From Gemmatimonadota bacterium (lineage in GTDB: Bacteria > Gemmatimonadota > Gemmatimonadetes > Palauibacterales > Palauibacteraceae), in NCBI GenBank assembly GCA_033720355.1, contig JAWWCR010000004.1, forward strand, positions 1 through 53,891: 53,891 bases of DNA, in the 5' to 3' direction. Below, one piece after another: positions 16,862 through 24,884 of this stretch. The notes below the pieces were generated by a model. It searched no databases. It was not told where the DNA came from and was given only the letters and a program-made list of their open reading frames with translations. How positions within the stretch are numbered: position 1 is the first letter of the stretch; each line of letters opens with the position of its first letter. Position numbers and translations under genes: made by a program.

Positions 16862-19330
16862 TTAGCCGCCTCGCCCCCCGCGCCCGCCCGCGCGCCCGGC
16901 GCGCGAGCCCCCGGACCGTCCCGACGACCGTGAGGCTCCCGAGCTGCGCGAGGGCCCCGACGAGCGGGTGGCGCCCGAGCTTCGGGACGGGCCGGACGAC
17001 CGCGACGCGCCCGAGCTGCGCGATGGCCCCGAGGAGCCTCTGACGGCCGGGCCCGATCGCGACGCCCCGCTCGATCGGACCGTGGGCCGGGAGCCGCCGC
17101 TGCTGCGGACGGTCGGCCGCGACGAGGTGCCGCTCGATCTGACGGTCGGCCGCGACGAGGTGCCGCTCGATCTGACGGTCGGCCGCGAGGAGTTGCCGCT
17201 CGACCTCACGGTCGGCCGCGACGAGCTGCCGCTCGATCTGACGGTCGGCCGTGACCGCGTCGTCGCGCCGCTGGATCCGACCGTCGGTCGGGAGCTGCTG
17301 CTCCGCAAGGTCGCGCGGTCGGAGGTCGTACCGGATGACCCGCTGCTTCGGACCGTCGGACGGCTGGCGGTCGCACCCGACGATCCGCCGGACCTCAGGG
17401 TCGACCGCGAGCCGCTGCTGCGAACAGTCGGTCTCGAGCTTTCGGTGACCGGGCCCGTCGGCCGCCGGAGCGTCGCCCCCGTCGTCGAGCGCGACCGCAC
17501 CTCCGGCGTTCGCACGTCCGCCGCGCTGCGACCGGTCGAGCGCGCCGTACCGGCCGCGTCGCGGCCCAGCTCGGGACGTCGGATCGTCGGGTCGGCGGCT
17601 CGCGCCTGACCCGAGGCGGAGCCGGGGCGTCGAAGCGTCGCATCCGGGCTCGCCGGCGACGTACGGACGTCTGCCGTCGTCGGAGGCGCCCGACCCGCGG
17701 AGCGCACGGCGCCGGTCGCGTCGCGTGCGATCGTCGGACGCCCGTTTACCGGCGTCGCCGTCTCGACGCCCGCTCGTCCTGCCTCGTCCGTCCGTCCCGC
17801 ACCGACCGCTCTTCCGGCCACCCCGCCAGACGAGCGGGTGTCGGTCGCGGCGACGCGGGATGTACCGCTCCGGTCGCGGAGCGTCACGCGCTCGAGCGAG
17901 CTCGAGAGCCCGTCGGACCGGTCCGCGAAGGGCGTCGCGTCGCCCAGCTCGCGTCCGTCGGGGCCCGCCTGCCGCGTGAGCCTCGCGAGACCCTCGCCGG
18001 GACGCCGCCAGACGTCGGGTCGGAGCTCTCGAGTGTCGGTCGTGATCACGCCGCGGCCGAGCGAGTGACCGCGCCGCGACAGCTCCTCGCCGCTCAGGGC
18101 GTAGATGTGCTGGTTGCGGTGGCCGAGACGATCGGTGCGGGCGAACGTCCAGTAGCGGTTCTTGTCGTACCACGACGAGCCGCGTGCGTAACCGTATACG
18201 CCGTTGTAGTAGCCCCACGACGACCCGTAGTACGGACCGTAGTGCGACACGTAGTAGCCGGTCGGGCACCAGCCGGCGTACCCGCCCGCGCCCCAGTAGA
18301 AGTAAACGTGCGCGGGTGCGAACGAGTAGCCGGGATACCACACCCAGCCCCAGGAGTAGTGGTAGTCCCAGTACCCGTAGTGGTGGGGGACCCAGCCCCA
18401 GGGGTCGTACGAGACCCAGAACCAGCCGGTGGGCGTGTAGCGCCACCGGCCGTGCCGGTAGGGCGCCCACCCGACGCTGACGTACGGCCGCCAGGCCCAC
18501 GAGGCCCCGACGGCCACCCATGTCCCGTTCTCGGCGAGCGGTGCGGCGGCGTACTGGAGGTCGTCGTCAACGTACTCGGCATAGCGCCCTGCGGAATATT
18601 CGTCGAGGCCATCGCCCCACGCCTCGAGGTCGTCGAGGCTGGGCGCGGCCGCGAACTGGAAGGCGGCGTTGCGCCCGCCGTCCACGAACAGCGCCTCGCC
18701 CTGCCTGACCTCGGCCCCATCCGACTCGGTGCGAACCTCCGCGCGCCCCTCGCGAACGACGACTTCCGAGTACTGGTCGCTGTCCACCACGACGAGGTAG
18801 AGCCCGGGCTCGGTGAACTCGATCGACGCGTTCGGAGTGCGGACGGTCGGGACGCCCTGGCCCAACCGCTCGCGAACGACCACGATCTGGGCCGTTCCGC
18901 GACTCAGGTCGAGGATCGTCGTCGGGTCGTTCGCATCGGCCGAGTTGGCCAGAGCGATGAAGCCGAGGTCGCCTCCACGCCCGAGCCGGACGAGGTTGCG
19001 GTCGGCCAGCAGGATCTCGGCCTTCGAGTCGCCCGAGACGAAGAGCCGGTCGCCGACGAGCACGGGTTCGTTCGTCCGTACCTGGACGCGTTCTCCGCCC
19101 GGCTGGACGAGGGTCGCCGAGCCGTCGAGCGTGCGTACGTAGCCGTACGCACCCTGAACGCTCGCACCCGGTCCGGCCTGGTCATAGTCGAACGGCGGGG
19201 GGTCCTGCTGCGCGGCGAGACCGGACGCCCAGAAAGCGACCAGCCCCACCAGCAGGCCCGTCCGTGCCCCTTCCGCCCGTCCGCCCGGGCGGGACCGCGT
19301 CGCTTCGTGCGCAACCATCGATGACTCCAT
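16862..19330 (-). CDS. Secreted FecR-like + DUF6600-type protein with a long Ser/Arg/Gly-rich tail
   Basis: Signal peptide; FecR-like VRTPNAS..VVVREGRAEV; W/Y/P/G-rich WAPYRHGRW..PWGWVPHHYGYW; repetitive basic C-terminus. Confidence 0.85.
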   Translation of the reverse strand: MESSMVAHEATRSRPGGRAEGARTGLLVGLVAFWASGLAAQQDPPPFDYDQAGPGASVQGAYGYVRTLDGSATLVQPGGERVQVRTNEPVLVGDRLFVSGDSKAEILLADRNLVRLGRGGDLGFIALANSADANDPTTILDLSRGTAQIVVVRERLGQGVPTVRTPNASIEFTEPGLYLVVVDSDQYSEVVVREGRAEVRTESDGAEVRQGEALFVDGGRNAAFQFAAAPSLDDLEAWGDGLDEYSAGRYAEYVDDDLQYAAAPLAENGTWVAVGASWAWRPYVSVGWAPYRHGRWRYTPTGWFWVSYDPWGWVPHHYGYWDYHYSWGWVWYPGYSFAPAHVYFYWGAGGYAGWCPTGYYVSHYGPYYGSSWGYYNGVYGYARGSSWYDKNRYWTFARTDRLGHRNQHIYALSGEELSRRGHSLGRGVITTDTRELRPDVWRRPGEGLARLTRQAGPDGRELGDATPFADRSDGLSSSLERVTLRDRSGTSRVAATDTRSSGGVAGRAVGAGRTDEAGRAGVETATPVNGRPTIARDATGAVRSAGRAPPTTADVRTSPASPDATLRRPGSASGQARAADPTIRRPELGRDAAGTARSTGRSAADVRTPEVRSRSTTGATLRRPTGPVTESSRPTVRSSGSRSTLRSGGSSGATASRPTVRSSGSSGTTSDRATLRSSSSRPTVGSSGATTRSRPTVRSSGSSSRPTVRSSGNSSRPTVRSSGTSSRPTVRSSGTSSRPTVRSSGGSRPTVRSSGASRSGPAVRGSSGPSRSSGASRSSGPSRSSGATRSSGPSRSSGASRSSGRSGGSRAGRAGGRGGRGG
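17078..17250 (-). repeat. Intragenic 33-bp tandem repeat encoding (SSRPTVRSSGx)n
   Basis: Units start at 17108, 17141, 17174, 17207 and 17240 (GACGGTCGGCCGCGACGAGGTGCCGCTCGATCT), with degenerate flanking copies. Confidence 0.9.
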
Positions 19331-19431
19331 TCGCCAAACAACCTCTACCGGAGCACTCCGGGAGCCCCGACCTCTGCAGAACTGACGACTCGAGGGCGCC
19401 GGGCGTCACAGCGACATACCGCCCGACGGGG

Positions 19432-20559
19432 CTACGGCATGTCGTCGATCCACTCGGCGATGAACAGGTTCGTATTCCCCTCGTGCGAGCCGTGGCGATT
19501 CGAGGCGAAGACCAGCCGTGTGCCGTCGGGCGTGAACATCGGGAAGCTCTCGAACTCGTCGGTGAACGTGACCTGCTCGAGACCGGTGCCGTCGAGGTTC
19601 ACGAGAAACAGATCGAAGTTCCGGCTCGACGGGTCGGCGAGGTTCGACGCGAAGATCACCTTCTCCCCGCCCGGGTGAAAATACGGCGCGAAGTTGGCTG
19701 CCCCGTTGTCGGTGAGACGCCGCTTGTCCGACCCGTCCGCGTTCATCACGTAGATGTCCAGTACCCCGGGCCGGACGAGGCCGTCGGCGAGCAGGGCCTG
19801 GTAGTCGGCGAGCTCTTCGTCGGTCTCGGGGTAGCGCGCCCGGTAGACGATCTTCGATCCGTCGGGCGAGAAGAACGGCCCCCCGTCGTACCCCGGCTCG
19901 TCGGTCAGCTTCACCACGTCCGACCCGTCGGCGTTCATCGAGTAGATATCGAGGTCGCCGTCACGGGTCGACGTGAACACGATTCGCGTGCCGTCGGGCG
20001 AGATGGTCGCTTCGCCGTCGTAGCCATCGGTCTGGAACAGGACCTCGAGGTTCGACCCATCCGCGTCTGCCGCGAAGATGTCGAAGTCGTACAGGGCCCA
20101 GACGTAACCCCTGCTGTAGTCGGGCGGAGGAGGGCATTCATCGCCGTGCAGGTGGGTCGAGCTGTACAGGATGCGATCGCCCTGCGGGAAAAAGAACGCG
20201 CACGTCGTCCTCCCGAGACCCGTCGACACGAGCGAGCGGTCGGACCCGTCGACTCCGATCGTGAAGATCTGATCGCACTCGTACTCGCCCGCGTGCCGTC
20301 GCTGAAAGATTAGCTGCTCTCCGTCGCCCGAGAAGTAGGCCTCGGCGTTCTCACCCTCGAACGTGAGCTGGGTGAGGCTGCGGAACCTGACCTCTCCGGG
20401 CGCCGGTTCGCGCTCGACCGCCGGCGACGCGGTCGGCGCCGGGGTCGGTAGCGGACCGGAATCGCCGGGGAGCTCGGCACCGTCGGGGGCCGAGCACGCG
20501 ACGATGGAGATGACGAGCGTGGCTGCGCCGGGGGCGCGGCCGTAGTTGCGGAGTATCAC
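19432..20559 (-). CDS. TolB-like PD40-repeat beta-propeller lipoprotein
   Basis: Repeated SPDGxxIVF/Y and IYxMNADGS motifs; lipobox IVAC; GTG 20559 with RBS GGGAGA. Confidence 0.88.
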   Translation of the reverse strand: MILRNYGRAPGAATLVISIVACSAPDGAELPGDSGPLPTPAPTASPAVEREPAPGEVRFRSLTQLTFEGENAEAYFSGDGEQLIFQRRHAGEYECDQIFTIGVDGSDRSLVSTGLGRTTCAFFFPQGDRILYSSTHLHGDECPPPPDYSRGYVWALYDFDIFAADADGSNLEVLFQTDGYDGEATISPDGTRIVFTSTRDGDLDIYSMNADGSDVVKLTDEPGYDGGPFFSPDGSKIVYRARYPETDEELADYQALLADGLVRPGVLDIYVMNADGSDKRRLTDNGAANFAPYFHPGGEKVIFASNLADPSSRNFDLFLVNLDGTGLEQVTFTDEFESFPMFTPDGTRLVFASNRHGSHEGNTNLFIAEWIDDMP

Positions 20560-20762
20560 GTGCGATGTTCTCCCGTGGTCTGAAAATGAGTCCCCCACGC
20601 TATCCGCGAGAGGGCCGGTCTGCCAGCGATGCGGCCCGTCTTCCTGTGCCGGAGCGGTCGGCTCGCCGCGCGTCGTTTCACGTCGGGCCAGTCCGTACGT
20701 TCAAACGGTGTCCGAACCCGACGACACCGGTGTTCGCGGAACCCGACGCGTGAAAGAGCGGA

Positions 20763-21332
20763 GTGTTGGACGCGATTCGAGCCGAAGCGACGAGATCGAC
20801 CGTCGATCACGAGGTTCCGGTCGACGAGTGGGCGGCCCTGTACGGAGACGAGCTGGAGCGCCATGTGACGCGCATGCTCGGCAATCCCGACGAGGCGCGC
20901 GACATCGTGCAGGAGTTGTGGATCACCGCGCTCCGGGCGACGCCCGATTACGGGGAGGGGTCCAACATCCGTGCATGGCTGTACCGCGTCGCCACGCACC
21001 GGACCCTCGACGTCCTGTCGGGACGAAAGCGTCGCAACGCGCTGCTCGGGGCGCGAACGACGGAGCTCGAGCCCGACAGACTTCCGGCCCCCGACGACGG
21101 GTTCCGGGGACTCTCGGAGGAGGGCGCCGAGCTGGTGCGGCGGCGTGTCGCGGCCCTGCCGTGCCGTCAGCGCGACGCGGTCTGGCTGCGCTGGATCGAG
21201 GGCAAGGACTACCAGACGATCGCGGATCGCCTCGGCGGCACGCAGGAGGCGGCCCGCGCGAACGTATATCAGGGGTTGAAGAAGCTCCGGCGCGAGCTGG
21301 CCGGAGTCTGGAACGGAGGAGAGCTCCGATGA
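20763..21332 (+). CDS. ECF RNA polymerase sigma factor
   Basis: Region 2 (DEARDIVQELW, RAWLYRVA) and region 4 (LPCRQRDAVWLRWIEGKDYQTIADRLG). Confidence 0.92.
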   Translation: MLDAIRAEATRSTVDHEVPVDEWAALYGDELERHVTRMLGNPDEARDIVQELWITALRATPDYGEGSNIRAWLYRVATHRTLDVLSGRKRRNALLGARTTELEPDRLPAPDDGFRGLSEEGAELVRRRVAALPCRQRDAVWLRWIEGKDYQTIADRLGGTQEAARANVYQGLKKLRRELAGVWNGGELR

Positions 21333-22039
21333 ACGAGGTCCGGTGTGCGTCCTACGCGGACGACGACCTGGTGGCCTGGGTGCTCGGCGACATGGCGGGC
21401 GGTGACGAGTGTGCGCTCGCCGAGCACCTGTCCGAATGTCCGACGTGTCGCGATCGCACGGCGGAGTACCGCCGACTCGAACAGTCGGCGACGGCGTGCC
21501 GGAAGGGCGATGTGATCCGCTGGCGGAGGTTCGAGAGTCCCTTCGGCGAGATGCGGATCGCGGCCAGCCGGCGCGGGCTCGTGGAGCTGTCGTGGCAGAC
21601 GCCGAGCGACGGCGCCTTCGTCGAGCGGCTGGAGGCACGCTACGGGGCCTCACCGGTCGTGTGCGACTGTGACGACCTCGTCCCGGCACAGCGGCAGCTG
21701 CTCGAATACTTCGAGCGACGGCGGCGCGCCTTCGACGTCCCGGTCGATCTCGGCGGTCTCACCGAGTTCCAGCGATCCGTGCTCCAGGCCGCGCGCGGTC
21801 TCGGGTTCGGGGAAGTCGCGACGTACGCGGACATCGCCCGTCGGATCGGCCGCCCGAACGCGTCCCGCGCGGTCGGGAACGCCCTGGGGAGCAATCCGGT
21901 GGCGATCGTCGTGCCCTGTCACCGAGTGGTGCGTTCCGACGGGACGCTCGGCGGATATACCGGCGGTCTCGAGTACAAGGAGGCGCTGCTCGGGATCGAG
22001 GGCCGCTCCGACCTGCTGGGGCCGCCCGGGCTCTTCTGA
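21329..22039 (+). CDS. ogt: Fusion of a zf-HC2/ZAS anti-sigma domain and a methylated-DNA-[protein]-cysteine S-methyltransferase
   Basis: ATGA overlap, RBS GGAGGAG; N-terminal HLSECPTC (HxxxCxxC); C-terminal SPFG, TYADIA, RAVGNA, NPVAIVVPCHRV, GGY.GG..K..LL.IE. Confidence 0.9.
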   Translation: MNEVRCASYADDDLVAWVLGDMAGGDECALAEHLSECPTCRDRTAEYRRLEQSATACRKGDVIRWRRFESPFGEMRIAASRRGLVELSWQTPSDGAFVERLEARYGASPVVCDCDDLVPAQRQLLEYFERRRRAFDVPVDLGGLTEFQRSVLQAARGLGFGEVATYADIARRIGRPNASRAVGNALGSNPVAIVVPCHRVVRSDGTLGGYTGGLEYKEALLGIEGRSDLLGPPGLF

Positions 22040-22055
22040 TCTACGGAGGGCCACG

Positions 22056-23990
22056 TCAGATAAGCGCGTTCGCGGCGAACGCCCCCACCCAGGCCAGCGC
22101 GAGCATGTACACGAACTGGAGGATCGGCCACCTCCAGCCCCCCGTCTCCCGCCGCATGACGGCCACCGTCGACATGCACTGGAGCGCGAACGCGAAGAAG
22201 ACGAGGAGCGCCACCGCGGCGCCCAGATCGAGATCGCGTGTCAGGGCCGATTGGAGCTCGATCGACGTCTCGTCGGAGTCCTCGACCCCGTAGATCGTGC
22301 CCAGGGTCCCGACGATCACCTCGCGCGCCGCGAGGGACGAGACGAGGCCGACACCGATCCGCCAGTCGAACCCGAGGGGCTCGATCGCCGGCTCCATCAC
22401 CTGGCCCATCCGGCCGAGCACGCTGGCCTCGACTTCGGGGGGAGCGCCGCCGACCCGCGGGAATTGCATGAGCGCCCACAGGATCACCGTGACCGTGAAG
22501 ATGATCCGCCCCGCGCGCCGCAGGAATATGCGCGAGCGATCGAGAAGCCGGATCCCGATCGACTTGAGCGTCGGCACCCTGTAGGGCGGGAGCTCCATGA
22601 TGAACGCGGAAGCCTTCCCCTTGAGCAGCGTCCGCTTCAGAAGGAACGCCGTCACGACCGCAGCGAGGGCGCCCAGCAGATACAGACCGAGCAGCGTCGC
22701 CGCGCGAGTGCCGAGAAACGGACCCAGCAGCGGACGGGCCGGGATGAACGCGGCGATCAGCAACGCGTATACCGGCAGACGGGCCGAGCAGGTCATGAAC
22801 GGGGCGACGAACATCGTCGCGAACCGGTCGCGCTCGTCCTCGACCGTCCTCGCCGAGAGGATGGCCGGCACTGCGCAGGCGTAGGCCGAGAGAAGCGGGA
22901 GGAACGCCCGGCCCTGGAGACCGACCCGATACATGGCCCGATCCGCGATGACCGCCGCTCGCGCCATGTACCCCGAGTCCTCGAGAATCCCCAGGAAGAG
23001 GAAGAGGGTGAGGATCTGCGGGAGAAATACGATGACGGAGCCGACGCCCGCCCACACCCCATCGATCAGGAGATCGCGGGCCCACGAGTCGGGGAGGCGC
23101 ACCGCGAGCCACTCGCCCGACGACGCGATGACCGCCTCGACACCGTCCATCGCCGGTGTCGCCCACGTGAAGATCGCCTGGAAGACCAGGACGGCGAGGA
23201 CGAGGAACACGACGGGGCCCCAGACTCGGTGCAGAAACACCGCATCCAGCTTCCTTGTGAGCTCCGAGGGCCCGGCCTGTCTGTACCCGGCCGCCTCGAT
23301 CGTCTCGCGTACGAATCGACGTCGCGTCGCGAACGCATCCACGATGGGCAGCGTATCGCGCCCGGGCAGGTTGGAGACACGCCGTTGCACCTCCTCCGGC
23401 CCCCCGGCATGCGCTTTCGCGTCTGCAAGGAACCGTCGCACGCCGTCCAGCCCCGCGCCCGATCGGGCGTTCGTGCGAGCGATCTCCACACCCAGTCGCT
23501 CGGCGAGCACGGGGTCGTCCAACGAGCCGCCGCGCTCGTCGAGCTCGTCCGCCATGTTGAGGACGAGAAGGGTGGGGAGGCCGATCTCGAGCACTGGCTC
23601 GACGAGCATGAGCTGCGTCTCGAGCCGCGTGACATCGACGACCAGGACGACCGCATCCGGTGTTCTGAGCCCCTCGAGCCTCCCCTCGAGCGCGTCGCGG
23701 GTGATCCGCTCGTCGGCCGATCGGGCCGAGAACCCGTTCACGCCGGGGAGGTCGAGCAGCCGCACCTCCCCGTGCGCGAGGCGCACGCGTCCGACGTGCT
23801 TCTCCACGGTCACGCCCGGGTAGTTCGCGACCTTCTGGCGCAGACCGGTAAGCTGGTTGAACAGGGTGGTCTTGCCCGAGTTGGGCGGACCGATGATCGC
23901 GACGAGCGGCGGCTCGGAGGCATCCCGTGATGGGGGAGGAGGATCGGCCAGCGCGGTCGGACCGGCGCCGTCGGGGGTGAAACCGGACAT
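22056..23990 (-). CDS. feoB: Ferrous iron transporter B
   Basis: GPPNSGKTTLFN, NYPGVTVE, DLPG, LEDSGYMARAA, CSARLPVY, MELPPY, AREVIV. Confidence 0.96.
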   Translation of the reverse strand: MSGFTPDGAGPTALADPPPPSRDASEPPLVAIIGPPNSGKTTLFNQLTGLRQKVANYPGVTVEKHVGRVRLAHGEVRLLDLPGVNGFSARSADERITRDALEGRLEGLRTPDAVVLVVDVTRLETQLMLVEPVLEIGLPTLLVLNMADELDERGGSLDDPVLAERLGVEIARTNARSGAGLDGVRRFLADAKAHAGGPEEVQRRVSNLPGRDTLPIVDAFATRRRFVRETIEAAGYRQAGPSELTRKLDAVFLHRVWGPVVFLVLAVLVFQAIFTWATPAMDGVEAVIASSGEWLAVRLPDSWARDLLIDGVWAGVGSVIVFLPQILTLFLFLGILEDSGYMARAAVIADRAMYRVGLQGRAFLPLLSAYACAVPAILSARTVEDERDRFATMFVAPFMTCSARLPVYALLIAAFIPARPLLGPFLGTRAATLLGLYLLGALAAVVTAFLLKRTLLKGKASAFIMELPPYRVPTLKSIGIRLLDRSRIFLRRAGRIIFTVTVILWALMQFPRVGGAPPEVEASVLGRMGQVMEPAIEPLGFDWRIGVGLVSSLAAREVIVGTLGTIYGVEDSDETSIELQSALTRDLDLGAAVALLVFFAFALQCMSTVAVMRRETGGWRWPILQFVYMLALAWVGAFAANALI

Positions 23991-24001
23991 GCCGCGCCGG
24001 G

Positions 24002-24304
24002 TCAGTGCGGGTTGGCGGCGGCCCGTCGCACGCAGATGCAGCCCGCCATCTCACGACGGAAGGCGAGCAGCGACCCGTCGACCATCACGATCGGGTCACC
24101 CGAGGGGGAACGCCGGACCGGGCAAAGCCGGCACCCGGGCAGCATCCCGCGCTCGAACAGCGGCTCGAGCTCCTCGACCGGCAGATCGATCGAAACGAGC
24201 TCCACCTCTTCGTCGAGCGCGATGTCGCTAAGCCGCAATTCCTCCGGCTCGCCCGGTGTCGCGTCCAGCATCGGAAGGACCCGCTGTTCCATCGGCCTCA
24301 CCAT
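24002..24304 (-). CDS. feoA: Ferrous iron transport protein A
   Basis: GMLPG...SPSGDPIVMVDGS..A.R motif; directly upstream of feoB. Alternative start ATG 24292. Confidence 0.85.
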   Translation of the reverse strand: MVRPMEQRVLPMLDATPGEPEELRLSDIALDEEVELVSIDLPVEELEPLFERGMLPGCRLCPVRRSPSGDPIVMVDGSLLAFRREMAGCICVRRAAANPH

Positions 24305-24305
24305 G

Positions 24306-24324
24306 GTTGAGAACGGTTCTCAAC
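24306..24324. promoter_or_regulatory. Perfect 9-1-9 palindromic operator (Fur-box-like) for feoAB
   Basis: GTTGAGAAC-G-GTTCTCAAC immediately upstream of feoA. Confidence 0.8.
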
Positions 24325-24325
24325 G

Positions 24326-24354
24326 ATGATACGCGATCCGCTCCGATCGGTAAA
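24326..24354 (-). promoter_or_regulatory. Sigma70-type promoter of feoAB
   Basis: Minus strand TTTACC-17 nt-TATCAT; the predicted start site falls inside the palindrome. Confidence 0.65.
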
Positions 24355-24362
24355 GGGGTGGG

Positions 24363-24884
24363 TCACCGAGGAGGCGGGTCGGGAACGCCCAGGTCGAGCA
24401 CGACCTTCCAGTCTCCGGCCGGGTTCCGCCGCCACACGGTCGTGTAGGCGCCCTCCGATGTCGTGGGTCCGTCGGGGCCGGGAGCGGTGCTGACGTACCT
24501 CCCGATCGTGTATCCGAGATCGCCCGAGCTCGAGATCTCGGCGTGCGTGGGGTCCCATGTGAGGGAAGACCCGGGGCTCGAGAAGGCACCGGCCATGGCC
24601 TCTCGGATCGCGCCGTGGCCCCGCACCTCGGCCCCGGGCCGAAGCATCGCGCCGTCCTCGGCGAACGCCTCGACCCAGGCGTCGATGCCGCGTGCCGCCA
24701 CCTCGCTGGCAAACGTCCGATCGGCCTCCATCAGCTGCCCGGCGTCGGCGGGGGGCATGTCGGTCGCGGGTGTCGCGTCGGGCTCGGGCGCGGAGCAGGC
24801 GGTCAGCCCGGCGACGGTGAGCAGCGCCGTCAGCAGCATCGGGGCGCGCGTCGGGCGGGAAGGGGGTCGGCTCGTCTCGTTCAT
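24363..24884 (-). CDS. NTF2-like/DUF4440 (YybH) lipoprotein
   Basis: Lipobox LTAC; SGDLGYTIGRY, GAYTTVWRRNPAGDWKV; ATGA overlap with the zwf stop. Confidence 0.85.
   Translation of the reverse strand: MNETSRPPSRPTRAPMLLTALLTVAGLTACSAPEPDATPATDMPPADAGQLMEADRTFASEVAARGIDAWVEAFAEDGAMLRPGAEVRGHGAIREAMAGAFSSPGSSLTWDPTHAEISSSGDLGYTIGRYVSTAPGPDGPTTSEGAYTTVWRRNPAGDWKVVLDLGVPDPPPR

Noticed and set aside
17078-17250. 33-bp repeats as a possible CRISPR array
   Set aside because: The units are contiguous with no unique spacers, are a multiple of 3, lie in frame inside a CDS, and no cas genes are present.
20546-21328. 497-aa ORF-track version of the methyltransferase
   Set aside because: The upstream part overlaps the ECF gene in another frame; the RBS and ATGA coupling place the start at 21329.
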